From positions 1-45,774 of the forward strand of contig JAFVEP010000036.1 in the NCBI GenBank assembly GCA_017475935.1: DNA of 45,774 nucleotides, given 5' to 3'. The stretch is from Alphaproteobacteria bacterium (GTDB lineage Bacteria; Pseudomonadota; Alphaproteobacteria; RF32; CAG-239). Position 1 is the stretch's first letter, and every line of letters begins with the position of its first letter. A program made the translations under genes and the position numbers. Positions 10,268-19,314 of the stretch are shown piece by piece. The notes beneath the pieces are model-generated. The model did not search any database, had not been told where the DNA came from, and saw only the letters and a list, made by a program, of their open reading frames with translations.

Positions 10268-11110
10268 TTAATTTTCATCAGCTACCAAATCAGCCTTAAC
10301 GAGCAAAAACTCCGGCGTTTTACGGCCGAATGTACGATATCGTTTCATCAAACTGACCGCCTCGTAATCTTTAGCCGAGGTATTTTCTTTAGTTGATTTT
10401 TCTCTTCTTTTATGTGCGTTTTCAACCGACATTTTCTCACCTTCATCAATATTTTCCGCTTCCGGTAAAAGAGGTGAAGCATCTGCATGTACGGCTTCTT
10501 CTTCCTTTGTCCGATTCACCTTGATTTCTTCCGGTGTTTTCAATATTTTATCCAAAATGCTCTGAGTTTCTTTGGATCGACGATTGGTAAAGACAATATT
10601 TTGTTTGTCAGCCGGAAGTGCGTCTAAAATTTTTTCCAAGTTTTTCAGCTGATGCTGTGTCTTAATCAGATTAATATCATCAACAACCAAAATATCGACT
10701 TTGGATAGATCAATTTTATTTTCATCGACCAGATCAATTAAGAGTTTGGGAGAAGCGATGATAACATTTGCTTCCTGATCGATTTTTTCATCAGAATCAG
10801 TCACAGCTGTTTCCGTTACTTCATGATATTTATTGAACACGGCAAATTTATCCGAAACGGCAACGGAATATCTTGATCCGGCCGTAATGATCAAAATGTT
10901 TTGCGCCTTATGCTGAGAGATAATTTCAATCAGCGGCAAAACATAAGAACATGTTTTACCGCATTTAGACGGTGCAATGGCAAACACATCTTTGCCGGCC
11001 AAAACGGATGGAATCACATCAGCCTGAACCGTTGTCGGTGTATTCATCCCCGCATCTTCTATCGCTTTAATTGTTTTTTCACTTAATCCGAGTTCTGCAA
11101 AATTCATCAT
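10268..11110 (-). CDS. Degenerate DEAD-box helicase-like protein (N-terminal RecA domain only)
   Basis: Q-motif FAELGLS...PTTVQ, motif I APSKCGKT, motif II VDDIN in place of DEAD, no helicase C domain. Confidence 0.8.
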   Translation of the reverse strand: MMNFAELGLSEKTIKAIEDAGMNTPTTVQADVIPSVLAGKDVFAIAPSKCGKTCSYVLPLIEIISQHKAQNILIITAGSRYSVAVSDKFAVFNKYHEVTETAVTDSDEKIDQEANVIIASPKLLIDLVDENKIDLSKVDILVVDDINLIKTQHQLKNLEKILDALPADKQNIVFTNRRSKETQSILDKILKTPEEIKVNRTKEEEAVHADASPLLPEAENIDEGEKMSVENAHKRREKSTKENTSAKDYEAVSLMKRYRTFGRKTPEFLLVKADLVADEN

Positions 11111-11116
11111 AACCTC

Positions 11117-12979
11117 TTATATTTCCGGCACAGATGCTTTGGTTTGCTTGTCTGCATCAACCGGAAGCTTATCTGCCCTATTGATCGTTTTTCCACTTAA
11201 AATATCTTTAATTTCATCACCGGTCAATGTTTCATATTCCATCAACGCTTGTGCTAACGTTTCAAGATCTTGATCATTTTCCTGTAAAATCTTTTTTGCT
11301 TCATCATGAGCCTCTATAACCAGACGTTTGATTTCCGCATCAACCAGACGCGCCGTATCTTCGCTCATATTTTTATTTTGCGTTACAGCACGACCTAAAA
11401 AGACCTCATTAGAGTTTTCGGCATACAAAACAGGACCCAACTTATCACTCATACCCCATTCCGTCACCATAGATCTGGCTAAATTGGTTGCGGCAGCAAT
11501 ATCCGAAGAAGCACCTGATGTCACTTTGTCATAACCGAATTTAAGTTCTTCACTGACACGCCCGCCCATACAAATCACCAATCTGGACAGCATTTTGGCT
11601 CGCGTATATGAATACTGATCTTTTTCCGGTAATTGTTGAACCATTCCCAATGCACGTCCCCTCGGTATAATCGTTGCCTTATGTATCGGATCGGTTTCCG
11701 CGACATGCAAAGAACAAATGGCGTGACCGGCTTCATGATAGGCCGTCAGCTTTTTCTCATTTTCATCCATTGCCATCGACTTGCGTTCATTTCCCATCAA
11801 AACCTTATCTTTGGCATTATCAAAATCTTCTGCCGTCACTTTGCGTTTATTTCTCCGTGCGGCTAAAAGCGCAGCCTCATTAACCAGATTAGCCAAGTCC
11901 GCACCGGAAAATCCCGGTGTTCCTCTGGCCACAACGGCTAAATCAACATCTCTGGCCAGCGGAACTTTGCGCACATGAACATTCAATATTTCCTCCCGCC
12001 CGCGCACATCCGGATTGCTAACCGTTACCTGTCTGTCAAAGCGTCCCGGACCAAACAAAGACGGATCTAAAACATCAGGACGATTGGTTGCGGCAATTAA
12101 AATAACGTTTTCGTTATCTTCAAACCCGTCCATTTCAACAAGCAATTGGTTGAGCGTCTGTTCTCTTTCATCATTGCCGCCGCCCAATCCGGCACCGCGG
12201 TGACGGCCGACAGCATCGATTTCATCAATAAACAACAAGCACGGCGCATTTTTTTTCGCCTGAGCAAACATATCGCGGACTCTTGACGCGCCGACACCGA
12301 CAAACATTTCCACAAAAACAGATCCGGAAATGGAAAAAAACGGAACATTGGCCTCACCGGCAACGGCTTTTGCCAGCAACGTCTTTCCGGTTCCCGGAGG
12401 GCCTACCAACAAAACGCCCTTCGGAATTTTGCCGCCCAAACGTTGAAATTTAGCCGGATCTTTCAAAAAATCAATAATTTCTTCAAGTTCCTGTTTAGAT
12501 TCATCTGCACCGGCAACATCTTTAAACGTCACCTTTTTATTGCTCTCGATCAATCTGGCGCGCGATTTACCGAAACTCATCGCCTTGTTATTACCGGCAT
12601 TGGCTTGACGCATGAAAATTATCCACAGCCCAATCAAAAGAACCATCGGCAACCATGACAATATAATGCTAAACAACGTTTCTCCGGTTGTATCCTGCGG
12701 TTTTGCGTTCACACGAACTCCGTTTTCAATCAATGTATCGACTGCCGATTGTCCGTAAGGCATATAAGTAACGAAGAAGCGTCCGTCATTTAATTGTCCG
12801 ACAACCTCCGGACCGGATATTTCCACGCTAACGACCTTCTTATCCTTAACATTATTGATAAATTCCGAATACGCAATGTCTTCATACCGTTTCATGCCTT
12901 GCTGTCCGGCATAACCGAAAAACATTGTAACCAGTACGAAAACAACAATCCAAATAAGAGTATTTTTTCCTAATTTCAT
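11117..12979 (-). CDS. ftsH: ATP-dependent zinc metalloprotease FtsH
   Basis: Two TM helices, [27 protein letters not shown]. Confidence 0.97.
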   Translation of the reverse strand: MKLGKNTLIWIVVFVLVTMFFGYAGQQGMKRYEDIAYSEFINNVKDKKVVSVEISGPEVVGQLNDGRFFVTYMPYGQSAVDTLIENGVRVNAKPQDTTGETLFSIILSWLPMVLLIGLWIIFMRQANAGNNKAMSFGKSRARLIESNKKVTFKDVAGADESKQELEEIIDFLKDPAKFQRLGGKIPKGVLLVGPPGTGKTLLAKAVAGEANVPFFSISGSVFVEMFVGVGASRVRDMFAQAKKNAPCLLFIDEIDAVGRHRGAGLGGGNDEREQTLNQLLVEMDGFEDNENVILIAATNRPDVLDPSLFGPGRFDRQVTVSNPDVRGREEILNVHVRKVPLARDVDLAVVARGTPGFSGADLANLVNEAALLAARRNKRKVTAEDFDNAKDKVLMGNERKSMAMDENEKKLTAYHEAGHAICSLHVAETDPIHKATIIPRGRALGMVQQLPEKDQYSYTRAKMLSRLVICMGGRVSEELKFGYDKVTSGASSDIAAATNLARSMVTEWGMSDKLGPVLYAENSNEVFLGRAVTQNKNMSEDTARLVDAEIKRLVIEAHDEAKKILQENDQDLETLAQALMEYETLTGDEIKDILSGKTINRADKLPVDADKQTKASVPEI

Positions 12980-13006
12980 GATCTTCCTTATAATTTAATG
13001 ATTTAT

Positions 13007-13035
13007 ATATAGCCTTTAAAAACAAAAAACTCAAG
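13007..13035 (-). promoter_or_regulatory. RpoH-type promoter of ftsH
   Basis: CTTG-N18-GCTATAT on the minus strand, same geometry as the clpB promoter. Confidence 0.5.
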
Positions 13036-13046
13036 TTTTTTTATAG

Positions 13047-13961
13047 TTATTGACTGATACTGTTCCTTCCCTTAAAAATACCATTTTCATATCCCTGAAT
13101 ATGCGTATTATTATCCGCCATTTCAAGACGTTTCATAGCTAAGGCAACATATTTTCTTTCGCGTTCAATCCCCAAATAATGGCGCCCTAATTTTTTAGCC
13201 ACAACAGCCGTTGTCCCCGATCCGACAAACGGATCAAAAACCATATCATTCGGATTGCTGGACGCCAAAATCAGTTTGGCAATAAGTTTTTCCGGTTTTT
13301 GCGTCGGATGTTCGGTATTTTCAGACATTGACCAAAACGGAATGGTAATATCCGTCCATATATTGGACGGAGCCGTATAGCGTATTTTTCTACCGTTTGC
13401 TTCCACCCAATCTTTCGGTTTTCCGGAAGAATCCCGATACGGCGCAATCACTTGCCGCTGCACCTTGACATTATCAAGATTGAAGGTATATTGCTCGGAT
13501 TTTGTAAAAAACCAGATATCTTCCAAACAATTTTTCCAATTATTCTGCGCTGCACGGCCTTTTTCTCTTTCCCAAGAAATTCTGTTTTGCAACATAAAAT
13601 ACTTACCGGCAACCAATGGTACGGCAATAGAGGTCTGCCAATCCGCACATATGTATATACTGGCCTCCGGTTTTAATATTCTGGAAACTTTTGATAGCCA
13701 CTTATCCAACCATTTACGATATTCTTCAATATCGCGCTGGCGAAAAACCGATTTACCGAAGCTTTTAGTCAAATTATACGGCGGATCAACAATCATTAAA
13801 TCAACGAAATTATCGGGAATATATCGCAAGGCATAGAATGTATCCTGCCACACGATCTTATCACGCAAATCCTGCGATTTTGCAGGTGACAGTTTCACGG
13901 CTTGACGTGCATAACCGATTTCATCTTTCAGGGAAAGTTGGATGGTTTTATTTCTGGTCAT
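13047..13961 (-). CDS. Orphan N6-adenine/N4-cytosine DNA methyltransferase, beta class
   Basis: DPPY catalytic motif near the N-terminus, HPTQKP, DPFVGSGTT SAM-binding motif near the C-terminus; no adjacent endonuclease. Confidence 0.92.
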   Translation of the reverse strand: MTRNKTIQLSLKDEIGYARQAVKLSPAKSQDLRDKIVWQDTFYALRYIPDNFVDLMIVDPPYNLTKSFGKSVFRQRDIEEYRKWLDKWLSKVSRILKPEASIYICADWQTSIAVPLVAGKYFMLQNRISWEREKGRAAQNNWKNCLEDIWFFTKSEQYTFNLDNVKVQRQVIAPYRDSSGKPKDWVEANGRKIRYTAPSNIWTDITIPFWSMSENTEHPTQKPEKLIAKLILASSNPNDMVFDPFVGSGTTAVVAKKLGRHYLGIERERKYVALAMKRLEMADNNTHIQGYENGIFKGRNSISQ

Positions 13962-14242
13962 TATTGATCTTCACCAAAGCGAGAGTTAACCAAAATCGTC
14001 AATTCATCAATAGCCCGACGCGCTTCTTTTCCCTTAGCACACACACGAATAGTGCTTCCTTTGGAAGCCGCCAGCATCATCAAACTCAAAATAGAATTAC
14101 CGTCTACTCTCTGGCCGTCTTTTTCCACAAAAACCTCCGCATCAATCGATGATAGGCATTTAACGAAAACCGCTGCCGCACGTGCATGCAACCCTCTTTG
14201 GTTACATATCACAAGCTGTGTTTCACACTCATCGACCACCAT
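13961..14242 (-). CDS. ptsH: HPr/NPr family phosphocarrier
   Basis: NQRGLHARAA (phospho-His), SILSLMMLAA (regulatory Ser), FGE C-terminus. Confidence 0.93.
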   Translation of the reverse strand: MVVDECETQLVICNQRGLHARAAAVFVKCLSSIDAEVFVEKDGQRVDGNSILSLMMLAASKGSTIRVCAKGKEARRAIDELTILVNSRFGEDQ

Positions 14243-14643
14243 TATGCTCCGTTCAAAAGCTGTGAAGCCACATTAATGTATTTGCGGCCGGCTTCTTGTG
14301 CCGCCGTAACACATTCTGCAAGAGATAAATCTTTGCGAGATGTTGCAAGCTTAATCAGCATCGGCAAATTAACACCGGCAATCACATCAAAATTCCCCAA
14401 ACTGATTACAGACATAGCCAAGTTAGACGGTGTTCCGCCGAACATATCAGTCAGCAGCAAAACACCTTGACCGCACTCAACTTTTTTCGCCTTTTCCAAA
14501 ATTTCTTTCCGGCGATCTTCAGCATTATCTTCCGCTCCGATACATACACATTCAACATTTTCCTGCGGACCGACTACATGCTCCATGGCTGCGCGAAATT
14601 CTAACGCTAAATTTCCATGTGTAACAAATACCAAACCTATCAT
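14242..14643 (-). CDS. PTS EIIA component, mannose/fructose family (ManX-like)
   Basis: MIGLVFVTHG, LTDMFGGTPSN, AGVNLPMLIKL; ATG 14643 overlaps the upstream stop (ATGA). Confidence 0.93.
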   Translation of the reverse strand: MIGLVFVTHGNLALEFRAAMEHVVGPQENVECVCIGAEDNAEDRRKEILEKAKKVECGQGVLLLTDMFGGTPSNLAMSVISLGNFDVIAGVNLPMLIKLATSRKDLSLAECVTAAQEAGRKYINVASQLLNGA

Positions 14644-15059
14644 TTTTCGATACCGCTTGTCCAAATTTTCACTGCGCCGAAAGATTTTAACAATTCTTCT
14701 TTACTTTTGGCTTTAAACAGTTCATCTGCGCGTGTGCGACGCCCTTGGAAAATAATTTCTTCCACATTCTCTACCGGAACGGCATAAACTCTCTGTACGG
14801 TTTCACCCAGCAGCTCCACAATCATAACAACTTCGGATTCAGCCAAAACCCCTTTTGTTTCCGGTTCAATATCATCTAATATGATTGAGCGGCGTTCATC
14901 GCGTTTCAGCAAAGCCGTCTTTTTGCCATCAAATTCCAGAACAGGTTCTTTCGGTTCACCTTCACGTGAGTCGATAAAAATAGCCAGCTCACCGTATTTA
15001 TTCTCGATAATCTCAAAGAAATCCTGTTTTTCCATTAGTGTATAATATTGATGATCCAT
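14640..15059 (-). CDS. Hypothetical protein, 139 aa, first gene of the PTS operon
   Basis: GGAGG RBS 7 nt before ATG; translationally coupled to EIIA. Confidence 0.8.
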   Translation of the reverse strand: MDHQYYTLMEKQDFFEIIENKYGELAIFIDSREGEPKEPVLEFDGKKTALLKRDERRSIILDDIEPETKGVLAESEVVMIVELLGETVQRVYAVPVENVEEIIFQGRRTRADELFKAKSKEELLKSFGAVKIWTSGIEK

Positions 15060-15137
15060 TATAATGCCTCCATGAAAATCTTATCTTTCCCTATATTATT
15101 TCATTTTTTTTCAATTGTAAATCTTTACTTTTATTTA

Positions 15138-16067
15138 TTATCGCACTTTATTGCTGTGTCTCAACGATTCCTTCAAAAGAGACTTCATCTGTTCGGCGTA
15201 TGTGCGATCACTTTTCTTTTCCGGCTGTTTTTGCTCTTTTTGATTATCTTTCTCCTGCTGCGGTGAAATTTTTGACATATCCTGTTCTTGGATCTGTCCG
15301 TGTTTCCGTTTCAGGTCCTGCAATTTTGCCGGTTGTCCGGACTTTTTCAGAATAAGTTCTGCCGTTTGCACCTGAGATGCATTATTTTTGCCGAGTTTTT
15401 TAACATCTTCCAGCTTAAGCGGACGAACTTTACGATTATCTGTGATTTCTTTAACTTTTTTAATTCCTTTCACCGCTGTTTTTTCCTCGGTTTTACCTCT
15501 GATTTCCCCTTTAATTCCGGTTTTATCCTTAATATTTTTTTCCAAAGCCTGTTCTCTGATACGACTCGGATTATAAATAGCATTCTGCATATATTGCAAG
15601 TGTTCGGATTTGCTCATTTTACTTAATCCGGCCTGTCGCGCCAATTTATCGGCCTGTTCAATAGCATTCAAACGTCCGGCGTTTTGTTCATTGCGTGCTA
15701 TTTCCAAAGTCGTACTTTGTTCAATTTGTTGTTTTTCATGAGGCGCCAAAGCATTGATGAGAGACATATCACCGTTTGAGGCATCATTTTGATTGATTTG
15801 CAATTCGTGCAGCGAACGAATGGCCATTTCATTAATGTCTTCATTCTCATCCTCTTCTTCATCATATGCCTGACGAACTTTTTTGCTCATTTTAAAAGCA
15901 TTTTTTTTCTGAGATGTCTGTGTTTTATTCTTTTTGGATTGATATTTTTCCGCTTCGAGCGCATCAATTCTCAAGGTCAAGCGTTCATCATCGCCGATCT
16001 TTTTCTTTTTCCAATCCGGTTTAGCAACCGAACCTTCATCATCGTCATCTTTTTTATCGTCTAACAT
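15138..16067 (-). CDS. Hypothetical highly charged (K/E/Q-rich) protein
   Basis: Long ORF, GAGG RBS before ATG 16067; no recognisable domain. Confidence 0.75.
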   Translation of the reverse strand: MLDDKKDDDDEGSVAKPDWKKKKIGDDERLTLRIDALEAEKYQSKKNKTQTSQKKNAFKMSKKVRQAYDEEEDENEDINEMAIRSLHELQINQNDASNGDMSLINALAPHEKQQIEQSTTLEIARNEQNAGRLNAIEQADKLARQAGLSKMSKSEHLQYMQNAIYNPSRIREQALEKNIKDKTGIKGEIRGKTEEKTAVKGIKKVKEITDNRKVRPLKLEDVKKLGKNNASQVQTAELILKKSGQPAKLQDLKRKHGQIQEQDMSKISPQQEKDNQKEQKQPEKKSDRTYAEQMKSLLKESLRHSNKVR

Positions 16068-16119
16068 CTTTTCCTCATGTTTCACTATATTATACTATGA
16101 TTTTACCACAAACACAACC

Positions 16120-17769
16120 TTATTCAACAGAATATGTCAGCATGATTGAACCGTCATAAAAAATCAACGGCGAAACTTTCAGATTAACATCATCATCGCG
16201 CACCAAATTGAATTTTCTGCCCTGCATGATATTCGTCAACATGCTGTTCTTAAAATTATCCCAATTATCCACATTTGAAAAGAAGAGTTTTTGATAAGAA
16301 ATGATCTCATCCAATTTCGGCTCATCTTTCATGCGGTCATAATCCATGCCCCACAGCTTTAAATAAGCTCTGTTATAAAATTTTAAGCGTTGGTTTGCCC
16401 CGAAAATGATCACGGAATCATTTAAATTATCCAAGATGGATTGTTGCATGGAAACCAAATCATTTAAACGACGCATGGTGGAAAGGCGGTCTGAAACATC
16501 TTCAAACGCAAAGATCACACCGTTAGGATGCGGCGTTCTGAAACGACGAATCGTTCTTCCGTCAGGCAAATGCAGTAAATCCTCCTTTGTTTCCCACAGA
16601 CTGCCGAAAATGCTCAATTCCTCATCTTTATAGATCTTAAAATCAGGAACCGGCGGAAGCATTCTTTGTTCACGAATAACTTCCAAAAATTGTGCATATG
16701 ACGGTGTTTTTTCCAAAAAATCAGCCTCAAGTTCCCACAAATTTTTGAAAGCCGTATTGTAAAAGTACAAATTTGTTTTATCATCAAAAATCGCAAACGC
16801 TGTTCCTAAAACTCCCAGAATTTCCAAATGCGTATTCTGATTAATCTTGAAGTTGCGTTTGGCCTTTTCATAATCCGTATTATCAACCAAATATCCCACC
16901 GTTCCTATTTTATCCAGAGAATCGCCGATAAAATACGGATTTTCATGCATTTCAAAATTATAAAGCTCACCGGTATTCACCAGCTTGATATTTTTTTTCT
17001 GTTGTTTTTTGCTTTTTTGCGCGGCTGCCGCCAAAATTTTGCCGACAGCTTCTCCTTTATTATTGTTCAGTTCAATATTTTTGGATAAAACTTCTGCCTT
17101 ATTTTTCCAGCCGGACAATTCCACATATTTTTTGTTCACCTGCAGAAGCTGCAATTTTTCATCGCGAATCCACAGCGGATAATTCACTCCGTCGACCATA
17201 ATTTCATATTGCGTTAAAAGTTTTTCAACCGCGCTTCGTTCTTTATCAAGTTCATTAATTTTTGTTTTTTGTGCCGTCACATCTCTGAACCACACAACAT
17301 CGCAATACAAATCATTGTCAACCCCATGCACCCTGTTGCCATAAACACACATGTAGCGATCGGCTCCTTTAATTTCCAATATATCCTCAAATGAGCGCCC
17401 TTCTTGTTGCAACATGGAAACGTACTTTTTCAAGCGATTAGCCTCATCTTTGTGCAAACAATCCATAACATCGGCAAAAGAAGATGCCGTTCCGCTTTTC
17501 AAATTCAGCATCACAGACAACCGCCGCGAACATTTTTCGACAATATTTTTCTGCGGATCTTTCACCTTTTGATCCGGATAAATAAAGCAAAAATATCCGT
17601 CTTTGGTCGAATACAAAAGTTCATTGCATCTTTCACGATCCCTTTTGATAAAATATACTTTTCGTCTGTACTTGTATATTTTGATCTGTAAAGAGGCTAT
17701 GGCCGCAACCAGTAATACGATTAAAACCGCACCGGCGGCAATGATGTATTGCAATAAATCCGTATTCAT
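16120..17769 (-). CDS. DivL-like multi-PAS membrane protein lacking the histidine-kinase domains
   Basis: N-terminal TM helix; PAS segments YPLWIRD...VNKKY, TAFAIFD...FYNTAFKNLW, HLPDGRTIR...FEDVSD, ILDNLNDSVIIFG...FYNRAY. The ORF ends at the last PAS strand. Confidence 0.8.
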   Translation of the reverse strand: MNTDLLQYIIAAGAVLIVLLVAAIASLQIKIYKYRRKVYFIKRDRERCNELLYSTKDGYFCFIYPDQKVKDPQKNIVEKCSRRLSVMLNLKSGTASSFADVMDCLHKDEANRLKKYVSMLQQEGRSFEDILEIKGADRYMCVYGNRVHGVDNDLYCDVVWFRDVTAQKTKINELDKERSAVEKLLTQYEIMVDGVNYPLWIRDEKLQLLQVNKKYVELSGWKNKAEVLSKNIELNNNKGEAVGKILAAAAQKSKKQQKKNIKLVNTGELYNFEMHENPYFIGDSLDKIGTVGYLVDNTDYEKAKRNFKINQNTHLEILGVLGTAFAIFDDKTNLYFYNTAFKNLWELEADFLEKTPSYAQFLEVIREQRMLPPVPDFKIYKDEELSIFGSLWETKEDLLHLPDGRTIRRFRTPHPNGVIFAFEDVSDRLSTMRRLNDLVSMQQSILDNLNDSVIIFGANQRLKFYNRAYLKLWGMDYDRMKDEPKLDEIISYQKLFFSNVDNWDNFKNSMLTNIMQGRKFNLVRDDDVNLKVSPLIFYDGSIMLTYSVE

Positions 17770-17854
17770 GATTCTTTCTTCAAAAAATGTTTGCCCTTCC
17801 TGTGATTTTATATTATAAAACAAATTTAGCAATTTATTTTTTAAAACAGTTCAT

Positions 17855-18529
17855 ATGTTAGAAGGAAAAATGTACACACTTGTTTTTGATACGACTTCGG
17901 AAAGCTGTTCGATCGTCTTGTTAAAAGATACATCCGTCATCGCCAAATACGCCCAAGAAATGGAATTCGGGCAGGCCGAAGTCTTGCTTCCGGAAATCCA
18001 AAAAATCCTGAAAGCAAACAATCTTGATTTTCAGCAAATCAATCTGCTCGGCGTTTGTATCGGCCCCGGCTCTTTTACCGGCGTGCGTTCATCAATCGCC
18101 GCGGCGCGTGCTTTAGCTTTAGCCAACCCGCAAATGGAAATCACCGGCATAACCGCTTTCGAGGGATACATACACTCGCTTTCCATGTTTGAACTGACTG
18201 ACTGCAATGCGGTTATTATCGAGACAAAACGTGATGATTTTTATTTTCAGCTGTTTAATGGTAAAAAAGAAAAATTAAATGATCCCGTTGCTTTACCTTA
18301 TGAAGAGATTATATCCTTGTTGAAAGGAAAAAACGTTACTCTCATCGGCAGCGGAGTCGAAAGATTTTTAGACAAGCCCAGCGGCCTGATGCTGCATACT
18401 ATCCGCATGGATAAGTCCGTATCCGTCACTGACTTGGCGGAGTGCGTTCTGGAGCGATATCGTGCGCACAAACTGAATTATCCGAAACCGCTATATCTAC
18501 GCGCTCCAGATGTTTGTGTAAAATCTTAA
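17855..18529 (+). CDS. tsaB: tRNA threonylcarbamoyladenosine biosynthesis protein TsaB
   Basis: LVFDTT, AEVLLPEI, GPGSFTGVR, PKPLYLRAPD. Confidence 0.92.
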   Translation: MLEGKMYTLVFDTTSESCSIVLLKDTSVIAKYAQEMEFGQAEVLLPEIQKILKANNLDFQQINLLGVCIGPGSFTGVRSSIAAARALALANPQMEITGITAFEGYIHSLSMFELTDCNAVIIETKRDDFYFQLFNGKKEKLNDPVALPYEEIISLLKGKNVTLIGSGVERFLDKPSGLMLHTIRMDKSVSVTDLAECVLERYRAHKLNYPKPLYLRAPDVCVKS

Positions 18530-18608
18530 AATTTATATGGATATGTCTGAAAGAAAAGTGTAATAATTGTAGCAAATTTGTTTTAACTTTCTTTTGTGTG
18601 AGGAAAAA

Positions 18609-18890
18609 TTGACTAGATCTGAATTAATAAGTAAAATCGCTGAACAGGTGCCGAATTTAACCATTAAAGATATTGAACGCATTGTCAGTGTTATATTCAG
18701 TAAAATGACCGATGCTTTGGCGGAAGGTAATCGTATTGAAATCAGAGGTTTTGGCGCTTTTACGATCAGAAAAAGAAAGCCGAGGATTGCCGTCAATCCG
18801 ATGAATAAAACCAGAGTGCAAATTCCGGAAAAAAATATTGTTCACTTCAAAACAGGAAAAGAACTGCATCAAAAACTTAATGCTGATTAG
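18609..18890 (+). CDS. ihfB: Integration host factor beta subunit
   Basis: TTG start with GAGG RBS giving MTRSELI; RIEIRGFGAF, NP, HFKTGKEL; followed by a lapA-like gene. Confidence 0.88.
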   Translation: MTRSELISKIAEQVPNLTIKDIERIVSVIFSKMTDALAEGNRIEIRGFGAFTIRKRKPRIAVNPMNKTRVQIPEKNIVHFKTGKELHQKLNAD

Positions 18891-18909
18891 TCATTAACGG
18901 AGAAGCAAA

Positions 18910-19314
18910 ATGCGATTTTTACACTACATTCTTATGTTACCGCTCGTTATCTGTGCGGCAGTTGTTATTTACCTTGCCGATTCGGCAAGCGGAATCACCT
19001 TTGTTCCTTTCTTTAACGAAGAATTTAATGTGAAAGTCATTCTGGCTCTGGTGCTGATCTTCGGTTATTTCTGCGGAAGATTGAACTCTTGGTTTGTTTA
19101 CGCACCGACACGCCGCGATCTGCGTTTGCAAAAAAAAGCCAACAAGGCTTTGCATAAGGAACATAATAAACTCAATGAAACGGTAACCGGTCTGCAACAG
19201 GATATTACCAACATGAAAGCGACGCCGGCTGTTTCGTCACCTGTCAGCGGCGCAACACGCGGGCTTCTCGCCGAAATCAAAAATAAATTCTCTGCTAAAA
19301 AAGGAAACAGCTAA
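18910..19314 (+). CDS. LapA-like membrane protein
   Basis: Two TM helices plus a basic coiled coil, in the usual position after ihfB. Confidence 0.65.
   Translation: MRFLHYILMLPLVICAAVVIYLADSASGITFVPFFNEEFNVKVILALVLIFGYFCGRLNSWFVYAPTRRDLRLQKKANKALHKEHNKLNETVTGLQQDITNMKATPAVSSPVSGATRGLLAEIKNKFSAKKGNS

Noticed and set aside
10268-11110. Labelling the DEAD-like gene a pseudogene
   Set aside because: The ORF is uninterrupted, has an RBS and keeps a plausible C-terminal motif. No remnant of the missing domain lies downstream.
13047-13961. Calling the methyltransferase ccrM or part of an R-M system
   Set aside because: It lacks the CcrM-type C-terminal domain, and no endonuclease gene is adjacent.
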